Assembly: GCA_903813345.2 (NCBI GenBank)
Contig: CAIIXF020000001.1
Span: 8,122,001-8,186,000 of the forward strand
Length of the DNA stretch: 64,000 bases
Direction of reading: 5' to 3'
DNA from: Owenia fusiformis
Taxonomy: Eukaryota
In this document: in pieces, positions 1-12,590 of the stretch
How positions within the stretch are numbered: the first letter of the stretch is position 1
Layout of the letters: every line of letters starts with the position of its first letter
Notes under the pieces: model-generated
Database searches by the model: none
What the model saw: only the letters and a program-made list of their open reading frames with translations
What the model was told of the DNA's origin: nothing
Position numbers and translations under genes: made by a program

Positions 1-373
1 ATATATGATGCCTGTAACAAGTATGCTATTATATAATGCTATATAATGTAAAAAGAATGGTCATATGTGATGACTGTACAAGTATGGTAACATATGATAC
101 CTGTAACAAGTGTGGTAATATATGATACCTGTAACAAGTGTGGTGATATATGATACCTGTAACAAGTGTGGTAATATATGATACCTGTAACAAGTGTGGT
201 AATATATGACACCTGTAACAAGTGTGGTAATATATATTACCTGTAACAAGTGTGGTAATATATGATACCTGTAACAAGTGTGGTAATATATTATACCTGT
301 AACAAGTATGCTACTATATAATGCTATAAATAGTATAAAGAGAATGGTAATATATATGATGCCTGTAACAAGT
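1..373. repeat. 28-bp minisatellite (ATGATACCTGTAACAAGTGTGGTAATAT)n with degenerate flanking units
   Basis: CCTGTAACAAG recurs at 100, 128, 156, 184 and onward with 28-bp period; it explains the repetitive ORFs at 29-277. Confidence 0.95.
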
Positions 374-1113
374 CAGCTAGCTCAGAATGAATGTCTATAA
401 TTTTATATTTCTTGATTTTCATTCCAAGACCAAGATAATAAAGTCAGGTAGCAAAGAAAAATGTCTGTGTGCCAGGTTATTAACAATTGACTTAGAGAGC
501 AATATTTTGGTATTACGTTTGTTTTCTACTTAAGCTAAGTAATAATTTTTCAATTTATGATGTTAAAATATACCGTAAATTAGAAAAGATATTAGCACTG
601 CTCTTGGGTAGATGACAATTTTATGAACCCCTTGTTTCTTAGCCAGGTAAGCACGAAACGCGATGGCCGATGGGGAAAGCATAGAACTAATAAAACACAT
701 GATTACAAGCAGTTAGATGGAAATAAACTCCTAATTTCCAAACTAGTGATTTAACATTAAAAAAGAAGACAGTGTCAAATGACAGCACTTATATTTTTTC
801 TGATAATCCAATGAAGGAATTTCAATAACTAATATCAGTTTAATGTTTAAAGAAATTTGTTCAGATGTACAAAACTCTCTGTATACTCAATACTAGTATA
901 CCCTTAAGGGATGATATGGGAAATAATAAATAAAATAAATAAAAAACAACAGCTATTCTAAGAAGATATTAATATTCTATCTGCGCGGGAACAACTAACT
1001 TAAAGAAAGAACCCAAAACAACAATAAAAATCAACTGCTTATGTCACATTTCACAACATCCATGGAAATTACGATAACTCATACAGCTTAATAAATTGAT
1101 GTTTCCGTTTCAG

Positions 1114-4100
1114 CCTCAAGTGTTTCGACCTGGTGTGATTGACCCACAAAGAAGTTGGAAGCGCTTTATAACACATGACAGAATTAACAGTAGAAAATCT
1201 AAACCAAACAAAAATAAAATAATACATGAAAGATCGAATACAATACTTAGTGTAAGTAGAATTTGTATTTTAGGTATCTAAACAAACCAATGTTTTAGAA
1301 TTTGTGTAGGTCACATTTTTCTTTTGATTACGATCATCATCATCCAAAATAAAGTTTTATTACTAATTTAGAAAAAACAGATGTGTTTAAATCAACCCTG
1401 GATAAAAATCAACAATTTTCATGAACATTCACCAACAATTTTAACAAATTGTGCTACATCCTGCTATGTTTATGGAATTTGTACTATTTTGTTCAAATAC
1501 TCAACTAGACCCACCACACAGCTTACGTAATTCCATATCGTCGATTACAACGACAAACTACACTACCTATTTAAATTATAATTGATGATTATGTTCCTCC
1601 AGATAGGGCCTAGAGGTCCCCCTGGTCCTCCAGGACCACCTGGTCCCCCTGGGGCTGAGATAACCAAAGAAGTTATGATGAGAGAATTCAAGGAAATGGT
1701 CAGAGGTAAGAAGGTGTCATTTTTGTGAAATGAAACTGCAATCATGATGAAATCCATTCTCCGAACGCAGTGCTCCAGAGTCCAGACATCACCTAATCTG
1801 TTTTATTTTTTGTGGGTTGTAGCTCAGTGATTTAGACGGTCTTCATTTTGTTTTATGAATGGCATGTGAAAGTATATGAGGATAATAACGTAACCTATAT
1901 GTTGTTCCAGATGCAGCCGAAAGAAGGGCAGAGAGGCTATTGGCGGAAAGGGTAAGCTAGGTACTTGTAAACAGTAATTTCATTATGTTGGTTATAACGA
2001 AAAGGGTATGACAGAACAAATAAATGGATAAGTAGTGCAATGAATACGATTGTTATTTTTATTGTTTTATTGTAGGTACAAAATATTTTCCTTCCCCTCA
2101 ACGTAAAATCTGATTATTTTGGCCATCTCATCCACTCATTGGATTGAATAGTCTGATAGATATCCTTAGTCATTCTACCTATTTTTTCAAATTATACGTA
2201 TGTAGTGCCTCTGGCGATATTGACATTACCCTGTTATTTTATAGTGTCCAGGTTGTGCGAAGAAGATTAATGGCACATATTACATTCCTCTGGTGGGAAG
2301 CGAGGAGTTCACTATGGTTCCAAAGATCGCTGCAGCGTTCCATTGCAAACTAAGAGGGAACGTTGTTGTTTCTAAGAAGACTTTTTTGGAGCTTCAAAAT
2401 TTTCAGGTGGTAAGTTGTTCTAAGATACGGGCCTAATCATGAATCCGTTTCAAAATTTATATATAACCATTCCTTTGACATGTTTTAATATCCAGTAAAG
2501 TACGTTACGAAATCTAGTGATTTATGTTATACCACAAGCGACAAGTGCGTTATTAAGATTATGAATGGAAATGATGCGGTGTTACGCCAATAGAGTATCA
2601 GCGCCCTGCGTCTGACCCAAAGGAACTGAAGAGGTTATCTACTCTTTATCATTTTGATGGTTTTCGTGCATGCTGTTTCCATGGTTATGCGTTCAGTTTC
2701 CTACAATAAAACGACGGTATAAGTAGTGACCGCTTTTATACCTGACAAAACTACATATAAGTACTTGTGTTGGACTACTTTACTTCCTTTGTTATTGTTA
2801 ATGCAAATATTCCTAGGCCTCGTTATCCATAGCCCTGTCATTGAACTATGTTAGAACCTTGATTCCTTATTGGAGTTATTTGTTCACATTCTGGGAGATG
2901 TCTCAACTTGGATGTTAAAGGTAGTATCCACAGATCTAGCGAGAAAAACATTGTTTCAATTTAGAATAATTTGACACACATTATTCCTTGTCATGTCTTT
3001 TTTCTAAAAATACCAAAAGTACACATTCGAGGAAAACTAACGATTTTTACAATAATGTATTTTTATTTCTATAAATATGGTCATCACATTCATAATTTTG
3101 GGAAAATTGGTAACATTTCCCCCATATTTGGCACTGTGCATCTTGAATAACTACTTCGCCATGAACATTTGACATGAACAGCGTTTTCAAGTTCACTTGC
3201 ACATGTTACAGTATGCCTTAACTAATTGTTCACAGCCATATAGTCTCGAGAGCACGTTTACTGTTGGCAAGTTTACATTCATCAAATTGAATTAAAAATG
3301 AATATATAAGTATAAAATATATGAATCAATTTACCTCAATAAGGGAAATCAATATTTTGATAAATAGCCATTCAGAACTCACCTGCCACCTATATTCTTA
3401 TTACATATCTATTTGAAAACTTTTGCATGAGGCAAAATTATTTTGGTAGTTTTTTATCGCTGTTGTAGTTTTATAATAATTGAAACCTTTCATACTTTCA
3501 GCCGTTTGGGGGAGGTGCCTTCCAACGAGGTGATGTGTTCAATACAAAGGAGGGGCGTTTTAGTGCCACCGGGGAGGGGATTTACCAATTTACAGTCAAT
3601 ATACATATAACACAGGATTTTTCACAAAAACGCCGAAGAAGTTATAAAAGTTTAAAGAAGCGAGATAACATACGGGTCTTAATATGTATAGAATCTCTAT
3701 GTCAAAAACACACGTAAGTTTGACTTATATTGCTAATTTTATTCTACAATCGCACTATTTTTGTATAATCGTCAGTAATCGTAACTTTTGCAGTTCACCC
3801 GGGTAGTTTGTTAATTCCGAGACTGTACTGGGAAATAAAAACAATTTAGCTTCATTATTTATGATCAGATACTTTTTATTCTAATCATTACAATAAGGCC
3901 ATAGTTTAAATCATGTACATTATAAACATTCGGAAACACGGATCTGATTGCTATAAGAAAATATGTGGAAAGTGCAATTTGGAGAATATTATATGTTTGG
4001 AATTGTGGTAGAAAGTTTGGCGTACCACACATTGCTCAATAAATCAACAGATACCTTTGTACATTGCCTGGTTCTCTTCCCCTCCTGGATGTTTATTTAC

Positions 4101-7100
4101 GCCCTGCTTCATTAAGAGATGTGGAAATAAACAAATTACAAGAAAATGTTATTCTTCAAGAAAGATTCCATCCTGAATTGCCAATGATGTGTTTACCTCG
4201 ACATTCTATCAATCTTCTTAAACTGTTCTCGGCTAAAGCTTTTCCCAGATGCTTGTGAAGTAATTGCTATTTAACATTGATGATTGAATAATCACTCATT
4301 AATGACCTTGTGGTCTTATTTCACTGTGGTTGAGCTCCAACAGATCCATTTTGGTAACAAAATGGCATCAATGTGATTTTTGTAAGTGCTTCTTGAAGAC
4401 GGCGCTTTTTGATAAGTTTGCAAAATTGTGCCTCTTAAAAACGATACGTTTATCTGATTTAACTAGAATATACCAATAACCACATTTCAAAGGTCAGCAC
4501 AGTGAAATCTTAGCCCAGGGGCTAAAGGCCGGGGCGGATAACGACCCCTATGGCCCTCCACTATGGCCCAGTACTATGGCTCCGCCTATAGCAAAATATC
4601 TTTCTAGACTAGCACTAATAGGATAGTTTCTAAATAGCAGAAAAATCAATGAAATCTCGTGCTGCCATCTTTTATTCAGCTTTTAACTCTGGCTAGAGCT
4701 CCATTCACTTACATGCTAAAATCTTGGAAAAGTGGCTTAATTTCATGATTTATCAAAGTGTGTTTGTTGAATCTGTATAAAACTTGAATGATATACCACA
4801 TGATGACCCTGTTTATGAACATGTTGTGATTGAACATGCTAATGTTGATTGACATACAAATAATCCACGGTTTTAAAGAATTTTAGCATTGCATCTATGG
4901 ACATTTGGCCCAACTTTTTTTAAATTGTCATAGAAAATTATTCAAATTACATAACTGTGTAAATCAAAGCTATTAAAGGAGAAAACATTCCACTGAATTC
5001 AAATATACCATTTAAAAGAAGGTAATGTAAGTCATTAGAGGTCTAATATGCAAGTCTCTTAAAATCTCACGAAAAACGAGATTTAGCGAGATTTCAAAAG
5101 CTATATGGAAACTATACTATTCCATGAGAACAGACCTCGTTATGAAAGTGGTGATAACTGATAATACACAATAGTAGCCGCAAATAAGAAGTATTTTGAT
5201 AAGTATCAATTGAACAAGGAACAATACAATACAATACATATAAAGTAGATTTGGTATAGTAGGTAACAGGGTATGATACAAAGTAATAAACATTCTCATA
5301 TTGTATGTTTTCAATTTTGCTAATAAATAAGCTATCAAACCTGTATGTTATGAAATTAGAAAAGTAACAATTGCAACAATTTTGAAAATAAATTAAGCTA
5401 TCAAACCTGTATGTAATGAAATTAGAAAAGTAACAATAGTATAGTTTCCATATAGCTTTTGAAATCTCGCTAAATCTCGTTTTTCGTGAGATTTTAAGAG
5501 ACTTGCATATTAGACCTCTAATGACTTACATTACCTTCTTTTAAATGGCATATTTGAATTCAGTGAAATGTTTTCTCCTTTAATAGCTTTGATTTACACA
5601 GTTATGTAATTTGAATAATTTTCTATAACAATTTAAAAAAACTTGGGCCAAATGTCCATAGATGCAATGCTAAAACTCTTTAAATCTGTGGATTATTTGT
5701 ATGTCAATCAACATTTGCATGTTTAATCACATCATGTTCATAAACAGGGTCATCATGTGGTATATCATTCAAGTTTTATACAGATTCAACAAACACACTT
5801 TGATAAATCATGAAATTAAGCAACTTTTCCAAGATTTTAGCATGTAAATGAATGGAGCTCTAGCCCGAGTTAAAAGCTGAATAAAAGATGGCAGCACGAG
5901 ATTTCATTGATTTTTCTGCTATTTAGAAACTATCCTAATATGCGACAATTTTGAAAATAAATTAAGCTATCAAACCTGTATGTAATAAAATAGAAAAGTA
6001 AAAATTGCGGCAATTTTGAAAATAAATTAAGCTGTCAAACCTGTATGTAATGAAATAGAAAAGTAAAAATTGCGGCAATTTTGAAAATGAATTAAGCTAT
6101 CAAACCTGTATGTAATGAAATAGAAAAGTAAAAATTGCGGCAATTTTGAAAATAGATTAAGCTATCAAACATGTATGTAATGAAACTAGAAAAAGTAACA
6201 ATTACGGCAATTTTGAATGTAGAGCTCGAGGTAATAATTTGTGCAACTAAAAGTTGTGCACCTATAAACATAAATTTTCAAACAAATATAAGGTGGACAT
6301 TTTAAATCGATCTGCCATTTTTGATTTTTTGTCTTCAGAATTTAAAGTCCCGGTATTTTATTTAGCGATGGAGCAAACGAACGGATGGACAAACAATGAT
6401 TCTTTTCATATATTCTCGAAGTATAGTACCACACTTTTGTTTTTCCAACAAAGTCTCACAAAGGAGTGAGTTCTCTAGTAAGTAATGAGTGATTTGTTAT
6501 ATTTTTCCAGATCACTTGAGTTTATATCAGGATTAGAAAGCAACAGTAGAGTGTTCACCATAAGTGTTAGCGGGCTTCTGCATTTAGAGGTAAGAACTCT
6601 CAAAAATGAATGTACATTGTGAAAACATGGTCTGCATATATTATATACATAGACTATATAGTACCTCGGGCAGGTTGAATGATGCAGTCGTGTTTTTACT
6701 CTATACTGTGTGTTGAGTTGTGATTAACCCTACTATCACACCAAACTAGTTCTCACTACGTTTGTACGAACGGATTGGACTTAGGACCGTTTGAGGTATA
6801 TTTACAAACTCAATGGACCTACTCAAAGAGTGCCAAACTGCTTTTAAACTGTGTGAGAACGAAATGAACGTAGGTGCAACTTTCTACGGTCTATTTACGA
6901 AGTTCATGGACGTGCTCGGACGGGAAGGTGATTTAAAAGTTAAAATCATTTCAAAATGCGATGGCGACCGTGCTGTTCTACTGATTAGATCGTGGGACAA
7001 CGTACTTCAAACGAGAATCAGATAACCTACTAGACTACGAACGTAATTACCGTACTTCGACTCTACTAGGGACGCGTTCGACGTTGTGTACATCGACATG

Positions 7101-8791
7101 GTGCGATCTGAACGAACTGCACATGAAATGGACGTATTGAAGACTGTTTATGAACGAAGTGGCTAATTATTTTAGACAAATTTTCCGACTACAGTCACAT
7201 TTAGCCCGTTTACGACTTTTTTGATAGGGGGTATGTGAGCTATTTCGGAATTTAGAAAATTGCGCTTAAATATCCATTTATTCGAAATTAATTTATCAAA
7301 ACAATTCTGAATTCCATAGAGAAAATTACCCTAGAATGAAAAGAAGAATACAAGTATGTAACACTCAAAATTCTATGTTTTAGTACGCATTTAACAATAT
7401 TATGAGTGCCACAGTCTACTACTAGTATTGAAATAACCAAATTGGGCCTTGCGTGCAACGTTCAAGTTGAACTAGAGGCATTCACTTTTGAGTCATTCGA
7501 TCACCAATATTTCTTGAATTGCTATTAGAAATTTATCCTTGAATGGAGGAGTCTTTTCACTAATATCTGCAATCTTCAATCGAAGTATGCACCATACGCA
7601 GACTCTACTTGCAGAAAACTTTTATAGGCCTCCATTCATTATGAACGAATCCACTAAACGCAGGCCTTGCGAATTGGGTAAATTGTAAATTATGGGGATT
7701 TGGAACGTAAACAATGCGAACCGAAGCGCAACTTTGCGCATGCTTCCGAAGCCGTCCGAAGCTTTTCGAAAGGATACCTCTATATACGAACGCAACGATG
7801 TACATGCAGCGTACAATACAAATGGGGACGAATTTTACTCTCAAGTCCTATTCGTCACACACAAGTTGACATTGTAGGGGGGGGGGGGGGTTCGTTCATA
7901 CGTAAGGGGACCTTTAGGTGCGGAAATCCTGCGTAACCAACGGTCATCTATCAATCTGAACGTGTTATGATTTATAAACTAATCCGTGCTGGGTACTCAG
8001 TTATATTCTTGTATTTGTTGTGTAGATAATACCTAAAAAGGGAATTGTGTAAATAGCCGTGTACTTCAATCTTATAACCACATGATCCGCACTGAGCGCT
8101 TTCTACAAGCACTGTCTGTATAAGGTACAGATAGTACGTACATAATGCCTTGGTCACATTTGCTCCGATTTTCACTACGGCGCCCGGCCGATTGAGTATT
8201 TTGTTCAAAATTGAATACTTTATTGAGCAAAGCACTCAATCGGCCGGGCGCCGGCCGATGGATCGGAGCAAATGTGACACAGGCATAAAAGATTTTCTAT
8301 GGAATATGCCATATACCGCAGGTGAGTATGGCATATTCAGCCGTATCACAAATACCGCGCAACCATGAATGTATGCCATATTCCGCGTAACAACTTTATT
8401 GAATTTTGAATATTTAATGACGTAAATCGAGATTATTTCTACTCGCATCTAGTCTATTAAACATATGTTTTTTTGTAATAAAACAAGCGCAGGAGAGACA
8501 TGTGGCCGATCTTATACTCATTGACCATAATAATCGATTTGCGTTGCTGATTGGTTGATAGATGAAAGTAACGGAAACACCCGAGAAAGTCACAAAAAGG
8601 TGTAATTTAAGTCATGGTTGCGAGAAGCAGAGAAACGGGCCGTTGTTTAACAAAACTGACGGAAATAATAATTGAATTTTCTTTCTTTCCAGGCGGGCCA
8701 ATATACATCTGTATACATAGACAACAGTTCATCATACCAGGTCACAGTACAGAGTGGGTCAACATTTACAGGTCTTCTCGTAGGCGTCTGA
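1114..8791 (+). CDS. Adipolin/erythroferrone (FAM132/C1QTNF12-ERFE family)-like secreted C1q/TNF protein, 5'-partial, 7 exons
   Basis: Exons 1114-1251, 1603-1705, 1911-1951, 2245-2409, 3502-3713, 6511-6589, 8693-8791, all AG/GT with consistent phases. Protein shows [11 protein letters not shown], a short collagen ([16 protein letters not shown]), [92 protein letters not shown], typical of FAM132A/B. The signal-peptide exon lies upstream of the window or was not found. Confidence 0.88.
2915..3200 (+). mobile_element. Partial copy of TTAA-targeting (Kolobok-like) MITE family
   Basis: Begins TTAAAGGTAGTATCC..ATCTAGCGAG..TTGTTTCAATTT..ATTCCTTGTCATGTCT, similar to 55149-55521 and to the reverse copy at ~35150-35449; the end is approximate. 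Confidence 0.6.
4619..5119 (-). mobile_element. ~500-bp MITE with ~20-bp TIRs (TAGKATAGTTTC..), copy 1
   Basis: Near-identical reverse complement of 5437-5937; ends TAGGATAGTTTCTAAATAGC / GCTATATGGAAACTATACTA. Confidence 0.8.
5325..6220. repeat. 65-bp tandem repeat interrupted by MITE copy 2
   Basis: TTAAGCTATCAAACCTGTATG at ~5393, 5962, 6027, 6092, 6157; the array is split by 5437-5937. Confidence 0.85.
5437..5937 (+). mobile_element. ~500-bp MITE, copy 2 (inverted relative to copy 1)
   Basis: Inverted near-identical partner of 4619-5119; a degraded third copy lies at ~25935-26280. Confidence 0.8.
8146..8285. mobile_element. 140-bp hairpin MITE, PIF/Harbinger (Tourist)-like
   Basis: TAA|TGCC..GTCACATTTGCTCCGAT...GGCGCCCGGCCGATTGAGT pairs with ACTCAATCGGCCGGGCGCC...ATCGGAGCAAATGTGAC..GGCA|TAA; TAA TSD. 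Confidence 0.7.
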
Positions 8792-9095
8792 TACTAGCAC
8801 ACATACTTGTACATAAGTCTGATGTGAGGGCCAAGTCCTAGCGTCCCTGATAGACGAAACGTGCACGACTGTGCACGTGTACTATCACATGCGAACGTAA
8901 CGGGTATGCAAATTGCATTCGAAGCGTGGTGTCGGTCTGGGAAATGATCAATATAAATTAATATGACATTGGATGGAAGGAATCCCATTGCTGAACCATA
9001 TTGGTGTTTGTGTACCCAAAGTCATGACGTCATTTGACCTAAATTTCAACTGGCGTGACGTCGGTTTCAACCTGGTTAGGATGGAATATTACATT

Positions 9096-9611
9096 CACCC
9101 CAGAATAGCCTGACAACGGTAAAGTCAGATACCGTTGTAACAAATGGCGGACATAATCGTCGCTTCAATTAGATTTTCATGAACTGTATGTTTAATAGAG
9201 CAACTAGACTAAATTCCTTTGGAACAACAATCAATCAAAGTGTCTTAATACTCATTGTACAGTTAATAATGTTCTACCATCGAAATAAAGTCTTTAATCT
9301 AACCGATCAAAATGAGATACGAGACAACGGACACTGTACTTACCATATGCCATTGTCTTTTACTCAAATTCAGATTCCGCTGTCATTGACGATATCGAAG
9401 ACGCTATATTGTGGCGATTCACGACCCAATTTGATCGAAAATGGGATTTCATATGATACATTATCACAAGAGCTTAATCCATGCACAGAATTAGCGACGA
9501 TAAAATCCAATGAAATGAGGACCAAGTGATTAAACAGTTGAAGCGGCGGTTATGTCCGCCATTTTGTGACAACGGTATCTGACTTTACCGTTGTCAGGCT
9601 ATTCCGGTGTG
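9096..9611. mobile_element. MITE with ~75-bp TIRs, CAC..GTG ends, 5-bp TSD (Transib-like)
   Basis: ACATT|CACCCCAGAATAGCCTGACAACGG ... CCGTTGTCAGGCTATTCCGGTGTG|ACATT. Confidence 0.8.
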
Positions 9612-11917
9612 ACATTGCACACATAACTGTGTACACCAGGTGTGTGGTTCTTCATAAATTCTAACATAAGTGAATGCCTTGTGACCTGTCCTGCTTTGAC
9701 GATATAGTATAAAGAATCAAGTGGACAAAATATCTATTGATGTTGTAAAGTAGCTTAAATGTTATTAAGTTCCACACAGCGTTGTTACTATTGTAGTATT
9801 ATTGTACTATCCACATGCAATATAGGTCAACATGTAAATGAATATGACAAAAAGTATGATATACTTTTTTATTACGTTATACATTTTTATATATTTATTA
9901 CAATGTAAATAATTATCTGTAAATAAAATTCCAGATTAATATAATTTGTTTAAAACAGTAACAATAACAAGAATACATACGAGTCGATAAAATGTGCATT
10001 TAAATGTAGTCAAATATGTCCCAGTCCAACCTGGGGTGCTTTAGTACTTCTTATTTCCAACAGTTTACGTATACCTTCATGAAAATACTGAAAATATATG
10101 TTTTTCGCAATATGCCAGTTTCAACTTTTTAGCGAAATAAATTCACTTATCAAAAGCTAACTATTACACTTTTGATTTTTCATACGCCTCCTCAATGGCA
10201 CTGGACGTGTCATGCTGACATTAAAGTAATATATATTTGTTCGATATATTTTTCACGGTACGGACAATTGATTGTATATTAAAAATGACATATTTGCGAA
10301 ATAACATCCACCGAATACATGTTGTATACATTTAATAGTTCACTGTCTAACATCTTGTATATTTTCAATGCACTCTTCATACACTGTGGCTAGTCGATCT
10401 ATGTGGATGCAGCCAGGCACATGTAATGTTTCGTGAGTACCCGCCCCTGTACTTTTCAATGGAAGAATATTGCACTTCTGTTTAAATAATCTATATTTAC
10501 TCATCCGTGTATATCATACTTCATTGATTTACAAAACCAAAGCTACGCTATAAACACACATTCTCTGATATTTTTTCGGAGAATAGATAACTCAAACGAG
10601 TTCACTCGACCAGTTTTATCATCTCGCTCACAGCTGTGAGAAGGCTGTATAATTTGCTATATACTCAAGGGGCGAGGAGGGAAATTCTCAATAAATGGAG
10701 TATAGTTGGTTTGGCAGCATTTTCAGTTAGGGGAGAGTCTTGGATGAAATTTCCACCTAGGTGATAGCTTCACAGAGTGGTAGGAAGTTCTTTTTTTGAA
10801 GAGTTAGCCCCCTACCCCACAAAAACACCCCACCCCGGGGAAAAAAATTGTTCACACTAAATAACCTTAGATATTTTGATGTTTGTAAGTGACATACCTA
10901 GATATTATATATATGAATCATTTGCAGTATAATTGATGCTGATTACTCCTAAAAAAATTGAATATTAGTACAAAGTGTGTACCCAAGGGGGCAAATTCGT
11001 GACCCATTTCCTTACAATTTTGATCTTAACTTTTCAACTAGACACTGTAAGAGGTTGAAAAAATTCATGTGAAGTGCCCAATAGCAGGGTTAGTAACCCT
11101 GAAAGATGCAAAGCCATGAAAGAAGTAGGAGCTGAGAAAAAAATTGTTGATTTTTAGAAAACTTTGACATTTTTGACCACTGGATTTTGTGTATGACTAT
11201 AGCTGACCCCTATAGTTTCTAGATCCATCCCTCTATGATGATATTTATGGGTTTACAGTGTGGAACTAAGATGTAAAACATAATTTAGATGGGTTTTAAG
11301 GAAGTTAAAGGTTTTAAACAAGTCCAAAATTTGAAAAATTGTAAATATAAGGTTTCAAATTTACGAATTCCAGGTATAGCCATGGCTGACCCCTATAGTT
11401 TCTAGATCCATCCATCTTTGATGATATTTATGCTTTCATAGTCTGAAACTAAGATATAAAACATAAATTAGATGGGTTTTAAGGAAGTTATAGGTTTTAA
11501 ACAAGTCCAAAATTCGAAAAATTGTAAATGTAAGGTTTCAAATTTACAAATTCCAGCTATAGCCATGGCTGACCCCTATATTTTCTAGATCCATCCCTCT
11601 TTGATGATATTTATGGTTTTGTAGTATGGAACTAAAGATGTTTAACATAATTTAGATGGGTTTTAAGGAAGTTAATGATTTAAAACAAGTTCAAAATTTG
11701 AAAAATTGTAAATATAAGGTTTCAAATTTACGAATTTTAGGTATAGCCATGGATGACCCTTATGGCTTTTTCATCAATACTTCTATGATGAAACATATAC
11801 TTTTAGAGTGTGAAACTAAGATGTAAAACATACCGAAGATGAATTTTAAGGAAGTTTAAGAATTTTAACAAGTGCAATATGAGAAATGTGAAAAATTGAA
11901 AAAGATCAGGTCTCAAA

Positions 11918-12590
11918 GGAGCACGGAAAGTATCGCAACAGATTTCAGACAGTCATATGTTGGGTTTTGTCGGTTTTCTGAGGATTTAAGCAGGTGCATA
12001 TGATAGGCCATTGCATTACCTACGGGAAAAGAACTCTTAGAGATAATAAAATAGTTTGGAATTTGAGACAGCGAAGGTGAAAACAATCCACCCACATGTT
12101 TTTTGGGAAATGTCGTCCTGATTTTCAACCCCGTTCAGCCCTGGTTTTTCAATTTCTGTTGCATCAATATGTTGCGTTTTGAGACATAGTTAACCATTAA
12201 AAGGATAAATTTCTTTTGCATAAAGCGGAAAACAATATTTTCCTGTTATTTTCCCATAGGGAAAACTCATGTGATCCATTGCTTTCAGCTTAATTTTGGT
12301 CACCCATATTTGATATCTTTAAAATCCCTGATGGAATGTATTTTTCATTTAAATGGGTTAACTGTATGTAAAAACACATATATTTATACATATACACATA
12401 TATATTTATGCATGTGGGTGGGTTGTTTGCACCTTCCCTGTCTCAAAATAGAAATTATTTTATCATCTCTATGGGTGCTTTTCCTGGAGGAAATGCATTG
12501 GCCTAACATATGCACCTCCTCAAATCCTCAGAAAATAGCCAAAATCCAACATATGATTGCTGAAATCTGTTGCGATACTTTCAGTCCTCC
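11918..12590. mobile_element. Spy-like MITE (GG..CC ends, inserted between AAA and TTT, no TSD)
   Basis: TCAAA|GGAGCACGGAAAGTATCGCAACAGATTTCAG ... CTGAAATCTGTTGCGATACTTTCAGTCCTCC|TTTACG; removing it restores the host unit TCAAATTTACG. Confidence 0.7.

Noticed and set aside
90-310. Regular 28-bp repeats resembling a CRISPR array
   Set aside because: Units are contiguous with no unique spacers, there are no cas genes, and the context is eukaryotic: a minisatellite.
6727-7233. Possible TIR element or 70-aa ORF in intron 6 of the adipolin-like gene
   Set aside because: Only a weak ~12-bp inverted match, no clear TSD and no recognisable protein.
9179-9529. 116-aa ORF and other short six-frame ORFs
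   Set aside because: They lie within MITEs or introns, have no recognisable motifs or splice context, and are expected by chance.
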